A stretch of 63,266 nucleotides of DNA, counting the filler, from Choristocarpus tenellus KU-1152 (lineage: Eukaryota; Protista; Phaeophyceae): assembly GCA_964200185.2 (NCBI GenBank). It is 12 parts of 12 records of this genome, joined end to end, with 100 filler letters (N's around TTAATTAATTAA, not from the genome) between each part and the next. Parts side by side here need not be neighbours in the genome. Positions count along the whole stretch, not along the records: positions 9,252 to 13,053 come from CAXNAD020017840.1; positions 13,154 to 23,993 come from CAXNAD020002679.1; positions 24,094 to 36,983 come from CAXNAD020001672.1; 9 more parts are not named here. The stretch is one strand, 5' to 3'. Each line of letters opens with the position of its first letter. Position 1 is the first letter of the stretch. Under the pieces are notes generated by a model. It ran no database searches and was not told the DNA's origin. It saw nothing but the letters and a program-made list of their open reading frames with translations. A program made the position numbers and the translations under genes. Positions 12,501 to 26,360 of this stretch are shown here, one piece after another.

Positions 12501-12960
12501 ATAGTAAAATAATAACAATAATATAACACCAACACTAATAATTATAATATTCTAGTGATAATAATAGCAGTAATAGTAGAGAGAGAGGAGGAAAGTCAAC
12601 CATGATGATATCGTACATCGTCGCAATGGAAGGTGGTTGGTGATGGACATAATTAAATATGGTGATGATGGTGTAAATGAACTTCTAAGTACTACTAATT
12701 AAATAATAATAATAGAAATAATAATACTAATGATAATAACTCAAAACAAACTTGAAACAAAAGTAATAATAATAATAATAATAATACAAACACTAACACT
12801 AAAAATTATAATCCAGCGATAGAAATAGCAATAATAAAAGAGAGAGAGGAGGAAAATCAATCATGATGATGATCATATATCATGAACATAATTAGAAACG
12901 GTGATGGTGGTATAAATCAAGTATTACTACTTACCATTAATACTACAATTAATAATAAGC
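12451..12960. repeat. AT-rich degenerate tandem duplication (~294-bp period) containing (TAG)n and (AAT)n tracts
   Basis: aacaaacttgaa...gagagagaggaggaaa.tcaa.catgatgat...ggtgatg.tggt occurs at 12451 and 12745. Confidence 0.75.
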
Positions 12961-13034
12961 GATGATGGGGGTGGAGTGGACAACAACGGCGAACAATAAT
13001 CATCACCCTACCTACTAAAGACAGCAACAACAAT

Positions 13035-13053
13035 GGGTCAAAGTATCTTGGGG
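13035..13053 (+). mobile_element. MITE family B TIR cut by a contig end. Same at 4729-4740, 23952-23993, 36949-36983, 37084-37168, 52902-52961, 53062-53148, 57871-57908, 60386-60453
   Basis: caaagtatct(t/g)ggg.. or its reverse complement ..cccagatacttt abuts a linker. Confidence 0.8.
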
Positions 13054-13641
13054 NNNNNNNNNNNNNNNNNNNNNNNNNNNNNNNNNNNNNNNNNNNNTTA
13101 ATTAATTAANNNNNNNNNNNNNNNNNNNNNNNNNNNNNNNNNNNNNNNNNNNNTTGTTTGGCCGGCCTTTACTGTGTTTTGGTTTTTCTGGGGGGGGCCC
13201 TGGCCGCCGCTCAAAGGTTTTTTTTTTTTGCTGCCTGATTGTTCCATGCATCCTGGCATCTCTTGAACAGTATCATGATAGCTGCCTGATGTAGTCAATG
13301 CTTGGGTCTATTTGAAAGAAAAGGGTATGGGTGAGGTGTGTGCTTTCTATGTCATTGTAGTAGTAATATCACTATCTGATGCGGTATGCACTTGAGTTCA
13401 GTCACATACTCATTCCTAAGGAGTACGCTGCCTTTTGTGAGTTCTGCATGGTTATTTTCCCATGCCCTCACAACATACACCCATCCTCTGTCAGTGTTTG
13501 ATACTGCTGATGAATTTTTATTTTATTTTTTCTTGTGTCATAGCTCACCACCCCAAACCGGACTATGTGTGTCCCTCCTTTGGGCTCATTTGATTGGAGG
13601 CGAATTGTATCTGATTCAATGTATTTTCGGGATATTCACAG

Positions 13642-16600
13642 GGCACTGGGGGGCATGCAAGAAGCAACAGACTCTTCCCCTTGGCTCGAGGCTGGGCTGA
13701 CTTTGGAGAAAATGGGGAGATTTGAGGATGCTGCGGTGAGACCCTTCCCGCCCACCCTACCATGGTTGAGGTGTACTTGTGCTCATCCTACTTTGTTGCT
13801 TTCTGGCGATGTTTCCAGGATTCTGCATAGAAAATTAACGTCTCGAATCTGAGGAGAAATATATTTTTATTTTTTGTGTTTGTAACATGCGAAGTGAATT
13901 ACCTCTGGAAACGTATGGACTCTTAGCAAAAGAATAAAACGTATCGGGTTTTATTCTGTGTATCAGCATGTTTGCGTGAGATGTATTGAGGCAGACGAGA
14001 TTTTCTGATGTTTGAGTCTTGCTCTTTATTGTGCTTAGGGTTTTAGGGCATTTCTCTGCAACTGTGTCTGCCACTTATACTTTTGCACGCATGAGCTCGC
14101 AACGACCTTGGCATGTTGAAGATATTTAGGTGGTCAGAAGCATCGTTTCGGAATCGTTCGCCGCTGTCTATGTTTGCCATGAGAATGTCGATGTCAATAA
14201 AGTACCCCGGAAGAAACCATGCACTCACGTGTGTTCTTGATAACACATGTATCACTACCTGAAGAGAGAGAGAGAGAGCAAGTGTTTTTAAATGTCACAA
14301 GCATGTCGAGAGCGCTTGAGATGGTATCATACCGAACGATGCAGTGCTTTACCGTTAGCCAATGAAATCCTTTCAAACAATAGCAGCTTCTGAGTCGTTG
14401 TGTAGTACACAGGGTATACCCTACTTTCAACAATCGCTCAACATGGTCATGTTTACATGACACCATCCAGTGCTGTGCACAACTCCTTGCCAACACCACC
14501 TCATGGAACCAAAAAGAAAACTGCCTGCTGTACTCACACTAACCCGCTATAGGTCCATCTCTCAAGGGCAGCATCGCTAGACAGTGAAAGCCCCAACACT
14601 TTCATCCACCTTGGTAACTGTCAGCAGCTACTGGGTCAATGGCACGAGGTGTGGGTGGTGCCCCCCTAGTCTACCTCTTGATGTTGAGCCATGTGTTCTG
14701 GTTGTGATCATTACTGATGATCACTGTGTGTTTGCTCACTAGCCACTGTCTTACAGGTTCACTTTTGCTGAAGGTTAAAAGTATGTACACAAACACCATT
14801 CATGAGTGATGTTTGCCTATTGTTTGTGACACACAGAGCAAAGAGGAGAATTGAGAGGTGGAGGCTATGTGATGCTTACGCCCTCTATCCAAAGGATGGT
14901 GTACATTGTACCCTGTAAATTTTCATACTTTTTGTGTGTAGTGTTGGTCATAGGTCAGGATGCAGACTCCCTGATTTGTAAGCAGCAGTTACACAGTCAG
15001 GAAATACCCTGGCAGCCCCGGGGAATTGGGAAATTTAGAACGCAGGCGCCTGCTTTCCATCTTTGTAATGCGGGAGCAATATGACGCATAGATTTTGTTG
15101 TACAGAGATAGCAACGACACTTCACTGAGTTTATAGGTTTAACGTAAAAGATATCGGAGGGTTTTATGCAAATATTTTATGGGTGGGTCAGCCTTCAGTC
15201 TTCCCAGCTTAGCCTGTTCAGAGTAAATACCTGGATAGTTGTTTTTCATGCTGACCTTTTATAGAGGAAACTTTACAAGGGAAGAATGGAGGCTTTACCC
15301 TATGAGGTATGAAATATACAGTTATTTTTGCCTTGCTGACTGCTCATAATATATACATGCTTCAAGTACAAGCTACTATTCCTTCACCAGGCATTATCGC
15401 CAGTATGCAAGCTAAGGACACCGTTGATGTTAAGACCCTTGCAACGCCATTTGATACATGATTGTGTACTCCCTTACCCCCCACTCCCTGCCGCCCAACT
15501 TGATAGGCGATGGAGTCGTTCCTCAGGGCATCCTGCCTTGCTCCAGATGACCTCAAGGTGTACCACCTGCTTCAACTAGTTGTTAGGGAGGCTTACACGG
15601 CCAGTGGAGGTGATTCATGGGAAGAGGGTTGGTCTGAAGCCAGTGACTCTGGGGATGATCACACAATGGAGGATGAGATGGCAGTCATGTTTAGTGAGGA
15701 GATGGGAGGTGCAGGTAGGCTGGAGGGAGAACGAGGTAGCAGGATCGAAGGGGGGGTAGTCCAGGCTGGAATCCAGGTTGGGGACCTTGATAGCAAGGAA
15801 TGGGTCACTGTGGTGCCCCAGGGGAGCGAGGCGGTTGACTTTAATATCTTGTCAGCTCCCAAGAATGACGTTGTGAAGGACCTAGAGTGTGCTAATCTCA
15901 GCAGTCAGCAAGATGCAGACACTGAAGAAAAGAGCAGATATGCAGGTGCAGAAGTGGGAGTAGGTGTTGGCCATGTGGGCCTGGGTGTCTCAGGAAGTGT
16001 GGGGAAAGATGATATTTTGACTGAGGGCGAGGGGTTTGCGTTGAAGAAGGAGCAACTAGGTTCAGCAGGTTGGCAAGATTGGGCTGAAGGAGGAGATGGT
16101 AGCGAAGGCATGGTCTCCTCTTCAGGAATAGAAGGGGCTACAAAAAGTGATGAAAGGACTGGTGATGGGAAAAGAGGGGTGGATCTTGACGCACAGGTTG
16201 AGATAATTGTGGCAATGGAACTGTCAGAGATCTCACAGAACTCTGTTGAGGTTGGGGAAGAACAGGGTAGAGATGCTAATGAGAATGCAATGATTGACGA
16301 AGCATCAACAGTGGCTAGTGATGAATTGCAACTGGGGCAATCATCAGTGGAAGAGATGTGGTTGGGGTCTGGTGAGGAGGCGGAGATTATTTTGGAGGAG
16401 CAGCTTGGGGTAGAGGAGGGTCTGTTTGGATTGGAAGAGTTAAGAGAAACCTTACCTGCCATGGAAACCCTTGGCAAGGATGAGGGGGAAAGGGTTGAGG
16501 AAGAGAAGAAGGATGTCAGAAGCACCGCTTTTGCAGCCCAAGTGGGGGATGGGGGGGATGATGAAATCAGTGTGAATAGTGTCAAAGAAAATGAGGGGTG

Positions 16601-17235
16601 GGAACTTGAGCAATCTGTAAGGTTGGAGAAGGAAAAAGAGTCAGGAGTGGCAGGAGGACAGGGCAACAGTGGTCCAGGGGGTGGGGAAGAAGATAGTGGT
16701 GAGAGGGGAGAGCTGAGCGACCCAATGCTTGGGCAGGATGCAATGTTTTTTTCTGTCAATGACACAGAGGAGTTCATTTCCCTTGGTGGCGATGGACAAA
16801 GTGATTCTGAGGCAGCAGGTGTGCTTCAACCTGTGCCAGAAGCAATACCCATTGTGGAAACATCTGTTCTGGGTGGCAATGAGGGCAATACATCGCAGGA
16901 TGACAGTGTTGTTCACGGAAGTGGTGCTGAAGGAGGTGAATCCAAGGTTGAGACTGAGGTTGAGGCTACTAAGCAAGCCGAGCTGGTCACAGGGGGTCCT
17001 TTTTCAGATTCATTGCCTTTAGGAAGTGAGAACACCAATGGCAGCGAACCTAATCATGAAGGAGGGGTTGAGGGGGTAGGGGGGGGGGGGGGGGGGGGAC
17101 TAATACAGGGGGCCCGGGGGATAGTTCCAATGCAGGTCTGGACCTGGGGGGGGGAGTAGGGACAAAGGGNNNNNNNNNNGTGGTATTATTTTTTACGTTT
17201 AGAGAGAGAGAAAAGGGAAAGACCGGAAGGGGGAA

Positions 17236-17288
<53 letters not shown>

Positions 17289-19897
17289 GTGACTAATACA
17301 GGGAGCCCTGAGGATAGTTCCAATGCAGGTCTGGACCTTGGGGAGAGTATAGTGTCAAAGGGTCGATCAGAAGACGAAGAGAATCGGGTGGAGGCTGCAA
17401 GGAGACAGGAGGAGGATTCTAAGAGTGCACGGAGTTACTTATCGCTGGGGAAGGCCTACCTAGACAAAGGAAAGATTGACAAGGCACTGAAGCAGTTTAA
17501 GAAGGCAACAAAGAGAGACCCCAGTTGGTGGGGGGGTTTCTATCAATCTGCCCGAGGTGAGAAATGATGGTGGGTGGGTAGGCAGGCCTCTGTGGCATTG
17601 GATGAGGTGGTAGTGAATGGGGATGTTCTTGTGCAGATATGAGAGTGGTTGGGTGGTTGGATTAGGTGATGGATCCATCATCTGTCCTCTTTGTTGTTTT
17701 TCGGTGAGGATAGTACTATGATGTGGAAGGGCAAAAGAAGGGAGGGGAGAAGTGGGTGGTGTACCTGGTTGGCTTGCATGTGTTGGTGGAGTGCTATAAC
17801 TTCTGTTTCTGTTGCCAAGTTGAACACAAGGAGTGGTTTGGTCACATTCTTGAAATCTTTTCTTCCAAGGAAACACATGAAGTGCACCAAAGAGTGACTG
17901 GATGTACGGGATAGGAATAGTATTCACGGCCCAAAGATGTAAGTCACTTATGTTGCCAATGGTTTTCTTGGTTCTCAAAATACCTAATTGGTTCCTGTTA
18001 TTCTGTGTTACATGCTGTATTTATGCTAGGGTTCTACTCTAGTGCTGTGCTTCCCCAATATATTCTTCACAAAACAGAAGTCCATCGTTAGCTACTTGTA
18101 AGGTGGAGTGCCTGATTGTGCTTTCAGGACTATCCTATTAGTAGGGTATGATTGGGGAGGTTTTTAGAAGGCGCATCCCCCCATCTGGACAGTAACATTC
18201 ACCCCCTGGACTAGACAATACATCTTGTAGTTGTTCATGATAACTCACATACAGATGTGCAATCCTTTGTTATTGCATGTCTGATATCCCTTTCCGACCT
18301 CCATCCCTTTGTATACAATATGTGGGAAACACCCTTTAGCCTTTTTGGCAATGGGGGACAATGAAGGGGCTGCTGGACAGCTCATTTTGATGATGGATGT
18401 CAGCCTTCCTTCAGAGGAGGGGGAACTCCAGGAGCTTTCAGTACTAACAGCCAGTGTTTTGGCAGCTCTCAAGAAGGGAGAGGTATGTGTCCCTATCACT
18501 GTTGGCAATTCAGTGTAGAGCTCTATGTATCACGCCGCTTTGGTTTCAACTTGAATGTGGCCCTTGTGCTAGTGCTGCCTAGTGTTATTTTTGTAATTAT
18601 GTTGTGCTCCATAATAATAGGGAACTTGAGTTATTTTGCGATGCACACACTTGGTCCTGACTTTGGCTGCTGTACTATATTGTGCATTGTGCTTGAGGGA
18701 TTAATGATTACTTTCAAGCGTAAGAACCCAATTGGAAGTAGAGTCATTTTTGAACAGGTTGAGGACACAGGAATACTAGAGCTGAATAGATATCGTTCCT
18801 CATTTGATCTTAATTTGTATGGTCTGGGTGCTTTAACCTCATGCTCCGTCCCCTGCCCCCATCTCTCAACCGCTCCTACCACACTCAAATCTGTTCTACA
18901 GGCGGGATCACAATCCCCCACTGCTTCTGCTCTGGAAACTGCAGCACAGGCTGCTGGACTGGAGATCATTGATATCAATGGTGCTCAATTCAATGACGTC
19001 ATATATGCGTCTGACAGGGTTAAGGAGGGAGGGAGGGGACCAGGCATGGTGGACCAGACAAGACGTAAAGGCATCTTCCCTGGTATCCCATCACCACCTA
19101 GTGGTGGACGTGAGGTGACTGTTGATCCCAAGCAAGGACTGGGAATGGGTCGTGGTGATGCTCACTCTGAAGGAAGCTCCAGTTCTGCTGACAACTTGGG
19201 GGCAAAAGGGGGACATGGTGATGGGATTGAAAGTCACTTGGGAAGGATGGGTGGAATAGGACAGCAAGGTGTGAATTCGCCATCTGTTGCTACTGACAGT
19301 GACAATGGGGAAGTTGCCAAGGGAACCAAGGGTGGGTGGGGAGGTAGAAGGGTGCAAAGGCAGACGTCTGGTGAAAAAAACAGAGCCTCAAACGAGGTAG
19401 CTCCAAACATGCCAAACCAAACTGACCTGTCCCGAGGTGGTAAGGAATTGCAGCAGGGGCAGTCTACTTCTGAGAGGAAGAAAGAGTCATCCGGAATTTC
19501 TCTTGATGTGCCAGGCATGGATGGCTTGCCACAGGGTGGTAGGGGAGGGGGGTTGAGCAGAGGCTGGTTCAAACAACCAAGCACAACAGGCAGTGTGGAC
19601 CCTTCAGGGGGGTTAGATTCAGGGCCAAATAAATCTGGTTTAGATAAGGACACTGCTGTGGGGGGGGGCTTGAAGCCGGCAAGGAGTGGGACAAGTGTTG
19701 AACCTACAGGAGATAGAGGATTGGGACTTGAGTCGCAGCTCCTTGATTCAGAGGCTAGTGTGGAAGATATCCTTGCCACCTTAGGAGTGGGGAGTGACAG
19801 TGATCTTGGAAGAGTATCAGAGGCTTCAGAGGAGTCTGGAAAGAAAGAAAAGGGAAAAGGCTTCTTCAATAAGCTTTGGAAAAAGGACAATACCTAG
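13642..19897 (+). CDS. TPR-repeat protein with long acidic and Gly/Ser-rich disordered regions (5' partial). Exons 13642-13735, 15507-17556 (spans a 10-N gap/misassembly), 18340-18482, 18902-19897
   Basis: TPR-like segments WLEAGLTLEKMGRFEDA, FLRASCLAPDD and ARSYLSLGKAYLDKGKIDKALKQFKKATKRDP. GT-AG sites with compatible phases (17556/18340 phase 1; 18482/18902 phase 0). Stop TAG at 19895-19897. Confidence 0.8.
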
Positions 19898-20751
19898 ATG
19901 GATACAAATAGATTGATCACCTTTCATGGTTACTATCGTAGAATTTAGCAAGGGCAATTGGCAGAGGATTTTTTTCTTTACGACAACCCCTGGAAGAGAG
20001 ATGAAGCAATGGAGATCCTGTAAGGAATGCTCATATTGCCAACAATATTCCAGAGTAGTATTGGGAGTAGAGCACATACCATAGCAGTTAAAGATAAAAT
20101 ACTCTAGAATGTACGGAGTAGTGTGACTTTCATGGCAGCTTCATACAGTTGTCGAAATTTGTTGTGTATAGTACACTTGAACCTGTCATCGTACTTCTTT
20201 AGAATTGCTATATAGAAATTTTACTGCTTCTTCAGTCATACTTGTGATTAACTTTTTGCACTTGAAGTTTTTTTTAATCTGCTTTGCATGTTCTTCCACC
20301 AACCAATGAACTCTCTACCACTGTGATGTGCTAAGTTACGAGTTTGGGCTCATTGAACGAGTAGCTGGTCAACCATTCGGTCATGGAGAAGCCCACCTCC
20401 CACCATAATACGCTCAGGGCAGATGTGGTTTATTGACTAGACCAATTCGTGGCTCTATGTACTATTATGTTAATATTATTTCCCTTTCTATTGATGGTAT
20501 CCGTTGAATTACAGTTGTATCGTATCATGGCAGTGTTGAAGTGCTAACCCTCGCTGGCTATTCTTGTGGGATTAACAACGTTTCGTCGGTTTCATACAAG
20601 ATTCCCCTTCAGAGTCGAGATTGTGTCTTGGTGATATCATTTCGCTGTTAAAACGTGTTGCTTGATGCCATCCTCGACCAAGTGGTAATGATGGGTTCTG
20701 GGAAAGGTCGCAGGGCCTCAATGTGGACAACCTGAGTACCCTGCTCGTCGG

Positions 20752-23654
20752 ATGAAGACTGCCGGGCTTCTCGCATTGGTGTTGACGAAGCAAGAGCATT
20801 TTGTATGGTCAGCGTTTACGTGCTCTAATGGTTACAACTCCTGCCCGGATGACAATGTTCAGGTAATCGTCAGCAAGCCTGAATTACAAGAGGTGAAAAA
20901 TTGGTCATATGTAGCCCCTGGTGATATATTATTGATAGACAAGCCGCAACATGAGATATAGGCGGTGACTTGGCCCCACCTTGTCGCCTGATCAATCGAG
21001 TGGTCATCACCCACTCCGACTCCGACTCTCTCATGCGCATGCTGCATTGAAGAGGTAAAAATATATTCAAGTATATGGCGAACAGTATAGAACCGTGACT
21101 ATTGTTTGAGAGTCGATCCAAATCCTCTCGATCTATATCAACTCGCAGGAGGCTTCGTCTGGCGGACGAGTGTACGCTGTCGTGCACAGGGCCATTAATC
21201 TACCAGACACGGACTACCACCAGCAGAGCGGTCTCAGTGATCCATACGTCAAATTTGTGGTTGGATCCACTGATGTTTCAACGATTGTTGTGGACGAGAC
21301 CCTCAATCCGGTGAGAGTCAACAACCAAGTAGTTCTAGGTCAGTCCTTATCTGCACCTCTGAAATAACGAATGCTCAAAGAATACCCCTACCCCATTTTC
21401 CTTGATAAGCGTATCAGTGTTGACGTCGACAACAGGGAGTCTGTAGTGCATCTACTGTACCACAGTGCTTCGTTTATGTACAGCCTAGTACACCACTAGC
21501 CAAGATTTCATAACACTCTTGACTGCAAAGTACTTACCCTTGTCATTATTATCACTGATTCTCTGGGATGCGTAATTGTTCCAGTCCTCATGTCTTCTTC
21601 TAATAAATCCCCACATGCCATCCTTTGATCATTATTCAAGGTATGGAATGATACTGTTGACCTGAGAGTGCATAATTCTGGGGACGCAATTAGTGTAAAG
21701 TTGCTCGATGCAGACAGTGGCCTTGAGTTTGGGGATGACCTGTTGTACTCGAGCAACATCAGAGTGCCCTGGTGCAGTGCTTTTCATGCTCCGTATGTCA
21801 CTGCTGACTGCGAGGAAGACTACACCTACAAGTGTGAAACATTGGTAAGAGGGTAGACATTAGCTTGTGGTGATAATTAATTAGAAGATAGAACAAACAG
21901 ATCGTCTGGAGTACAAAGGAAACAAAGATTTTTGTTTAGCAAGTGTATATACTGCAATTAGATGATTCAATTGATTCTAATGTGCCACATAGTGGTTACA
22001 TTCATGCACCAATTAAATTGATATCATCATCAAACAAACAGACTATGCAGGTCCTATTGGGTAGTTTGCAGAGTGGCACTCCACTACGAAAGGGCTGAAA
22101 TCCAGGATTTGGAACAGCAGCAAGATAAGATGATATTGCAACAGGGTATGGTTATAACGAGAAGCACTAAATATATACCAAAGTGAAGCGCAGACACTAC
22201 AATTGTCACATGGAGCTTTGCAGTTAGCCTTTGCACTCAGTGTCTTTTGTTCACTACTCTGTAGACAAACATAGCATCACTTCCTTCACTTCACACACAC
22301 TATGCATAGCAACCCTCATATTTGGGTATCTTTTTCACAATCATGTGCACCGAATTTAGTACCTGATTGGGGCAAACCAAAAAGGATAATGTTGTAACAT
22401 AGTATATGTTCTTGGGTACTAAAGTTGTTCAGGTTTGCATATTCTATGTACCGTGGTTGATACCTACGGCATTCTCCCTTCTCCTAGGTTTGCATTCACA
22501 TGACCCTCGACCTTGCATGAACTCCTGGAGTTAAAAATTGGATTGACAAAGTGTAACTTAAAATGGAGCAATCTAGCTCTTCAATATTTTAATCAGCTGG
22601 GGAGTAACTTACCTTGGAGTGCAGATTTGGTATGGTGTGTTATTGCACCATGGTGTGGAAGTATTTCTTGGTACTGCTCTGTGTACTTCTAATGTTGCCA
22701 ATATCAATGCATACGAGTGAAAGTATCTTAGGGTTAGGGTACGAGTTTCGCCCTGTTTGTCCATTTGGGGCTTGGTTTCCCATGCGTTCTCTTATGACAT
22801 TTTCCTACTCCAAAATATTTCAGAGTGGGGAACGTGTATACGTATGAAAAGGTGTGCCCAGAACATGGATATTGACACTTTCTAATAAACACGACAGCCA
22901 AAATTGCATCAAAATCGCAGCATTGGATTTTGGTCCCCAAATGGACGCGGCTCTACCCTCTAAGATACTCTGGGCTATACGCTTATGTGCTTTGATTCAG
23001 CAGGACTTTGAAAAGCAGGGGAATGAACTGAACGAGATACAAAAAGAGAAGAAAATTCAAGTCTCTTGATCTTGATTGGCACAGCTTAAGAGACGAAGAA
23101 ACACCCAATGTCTAGCACACCGCTCAATATTGGCACAATTTCGATTTCCGACCACTTCACTCTTGAGCCCATGAGAGGAAAGTGTCAATGGAGGCAAATT
23201 ACTATTTCTGAACGTGAAATTTTTGAATTATTAGGCTACATTGGTAGCCTCAAATGCACAACTGCAGGTGGCTTCTCCAGTCTTTGGTGTGGCTGAATTG
23301 GCTCTTGTGTAGTCCCACGACCTCCATGGGATACTGTCGCTCTTCCAATGTACACGATTTTTGCCCATGCAATTGGTCCATGTGGAACTAAATGCTAAGT
23401 CCTCAATTACTGCTTATAGAGCATTGAGAAACACATATGCAAGACACAGTGTTTGGCTGCTTTCATCTTCAGGATGCACCGCTACCCATATCTCTAATTG
23501 TCATGCTCTGCAGGGTATGCCATGGCTAATGCCAAGGCAACCTCTGTGTAATGAAACTTCATGGGTCAACTTGAGCGGGAATGACGAGGATGAGTGTGAG
23601 GGGGGAAGTGAAGACGCCTGCCTACTTCTGGGATTCCTGATTATTCCTTTCCAG
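20752..23654 (+). CDS. C2-domain protein with putative signal peptide and Cys-rich flanks (3' partial). Exons 20752-20862, 21149-21310, 21641-21844, 23514-23654
   Basis: C2 signature AINLPDTD..SGLSDPYVKF...TIVVDETLNP|VWN...LLDADSGLEFGDDLL joined across a phase-0 intron; all junctions phase 0; last donor is GC. Confidence 0.85.
22715..22976 (+). mobile_element. MITE family A, full copy in intron 3 of the C2 gene
   Basis: Both TIRs present; 4-bp flanking direct repeat atac/atac. Confidence 0.9.
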
Positions 23655-24093
23655 GCAAGGCTTCCTCAATGAAGACCCCAATTACTAGGCCCTCAGGTTG
23701 GAACTTTCCAAGAGATTGCAATTTGATTGTTTCAAAATTTAATTATTGGTAGTGTCCCTCCTAGGTACCCTAGGAAAATCTACCTAACGGTCGGAAACAA
23801 TGTAGAAGGCGCATTACTACGAAGTTGTGTTATCATCATGCTCCTCCCCAAACACCTGCAACAAATGCTTCCCATAGGTAGCATCAAGAGCTTGGTAGTC
23901 TGGGCAGGCCATGTGTATTTAGTTAGATCTATCTAACGGAAGTAAAGTGTTAGCCCAAAGTATCTGGGGGGGGGGGGGGGGGGGGGGACGGGGNNNNNNN
24001 NNNNNNNNNNNNNNNNNNNNNNNNNNNNNNNNNNNNNTTAATTAATTAANNNNNNNNNNNNNNNNNNNNNNNNNNNNNNNNNNNNNNNNNNNN

Positions 24094-24445
24094 GTAATAA
24101 AATATATATAATACAATATATGTAATAAAATATATGTAATAAAATGTATATAATAAAATATATGTAATAAAATATATATAATACAATATATATAATAAAA
24201 TATATGTAATAAAATGTATATAATAAAATGTATATAATAAAATATATATAATACAATATATGTAATAAAATATATGTAATAAAATGTATATAATAAAATA
24301 TATATAATACAATATATGTAATACAATATATGTAATAAAATGTATGTAATAAAATATATATAATACAATATATGTAATAAAATGTATATAATAAAATATA
24401 TATAATAAAATATATATAATAAAATATATGTAATAAAATGTATAA
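24094..24445. repeat. AT-rich minisatellite (~15-bp unit, taataaaatatatat/g variants)
   Basis: Visible periodic array; produces the spurious Y/I/F-rich ORFs. Confidence 0.95.
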
Positions 24446-24535
24446 ATGGCTCGAACCACACCACTCGATTGCACATTAAAAACTTCATTTACACAACTTT
24501 TAAGAACATAACAGCCCTAACCCTTGAGTGAACTC

Positions 24536-24678
24536 TTAGCCTTCGTCGACCATTGCATCTGGTCTACCTAATTTACTTTCACACATCCGTATGAGAGGAA
24601 ACAACACACAAACAACACACCAGTAACACATAAACAAAAGGCCAGTAATCCCCACATTCAAGGAAACCAACACATAGA

Positions 24679-24738
<60 letters not shown>

Positions 24739-26297
24739 GGACATATCATACCTGCATCAATCCTATCAAGAAAGTACCTCCTGATATCGTTAGGGGTTGG
24801 TTTAATCTCCCTTGCTGCAACAGATTCAACCCAGGCCTTGATCACAGAATAATCTACTGAATTGCTTTTCCCCCCCCTCCCAGCCTCAAATGCATGGGGA
24901 AGAGGGACAGGGGCAGGAGCAGCCGCTGTGGGAAGGGGAGGAAAAGACTCTGAGGCGGGGGCAGGGCCAGGTGATGGAGACGGGTCGGGCAGAGCGACTC
25001 CCTTGACCTTCTTCTTCTTTTTCTTTTTTTTTCCGTTGGACATTTCAGTCACAGTAACAGTAACCTGAACCAGACATGTCACAAGCATGCACACATGAGA
25101 GTATAGCATGAAGAATGTGTACAGAACTAAACCCTCATAGTATGTTTGTGTAACAGTATACCATGAAGAGTGTGTACAGAACTAAACCTTCATAGTATGT
25201 GTGTGTAACAGTATACCATGAAGAGTGTGTACAGAACTAAACCTTCGTAGTATGTGTGTGTAACAGTATAAAATGAAGATGTATAGAGCCAAACCTTCAT
25301 AGTATGTGTGTGTAACAGCATAACATGAAGATGATGTATAGAACCAAACCTTCATAGTATGTGTACAAAGTCAACTTAAAACAAAAAGTACATTGATATC
25401 ATCATAAAAAGTATCAGTGATAGCAACCCGATCTCATCATGATCCCACAAAGAGTGACACAGTTTAGGAGACAGGTGGGTAGCATTGAGAGCAACAACCC
25501 TAACCCTAAGCGAATAGCATCATATATAGCATCTCACACAAGAATGTAACAGTAATATAACAATAATGTGACAGCACCAGTCATATATCATACAGTGGTC
25601 TTGAATACTGTCAGGTGAGACACATACCACCAACACTGTTACAGGGTACATACTTGTATAAACCCTAACCCTGATCCTGATCCAAACGTACTCAAGAGTC
25701 TAGCAAAAAAAGAGGGAAATAAAGTAAAGACACCCGACCATTAACAGAACTAGACAAATAACATAGACAAAAAAGGGTACAATTGAAGAAAAAACGTCAG
25801 GGACAACCCAACAACATAAGACAAAGGGTATTATTAAACAAGAAACCTCAAGCCCAGGTACAACCCTAACCCTAACCCTAACCCTAACTCACATCACAAT
25901 AACAAAAAAAAAGAAACAACCTCCCCATGACCTAACTCCTCACCCCATCATCCAGCAATTCATTGTATGCTGAAGTAGAAGATGTAGGCATACCCATATC
26001 AACACGGGTCAAAGGAGCCGTCACAGGTGCTGGGGCAGCAAGGGGGTTCTTGTCACAAGTTTGATCAGAAGGGGTAGAGAGGTTACGAGCACCGTTGGCC
26101 CCCTCTTTAGTCATGGCCGACTGTATCGTCTTGAGACGTGCCCTGATCATCGTAAGCTGACTACTGCTAGGTTCCTTGGAGCACTTCTTGCAACGAGAGC
26201 GCTTTGCGCAACAAATAAGGCAGTACCACTTGTCACAGAACTACCCTCACAGTCACAACAATCAAAACAGCAGTGCATGAACATTTAATAATAACCA

Positions 26298-26360
<63 letters not shown>

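Noticed and set aside
15905-16777. 290-aa Ser/Pro-rich minus-strand ORF (also 19234-19890)
   Set aside because: Antisense shadows of the purine-rich exons of the TPR gene.
24038-24488. Hydrophobic Y/I/F/L-rich ORFs
   Set aside because: Translation of an AT-rich minisatellite running into the N linker.
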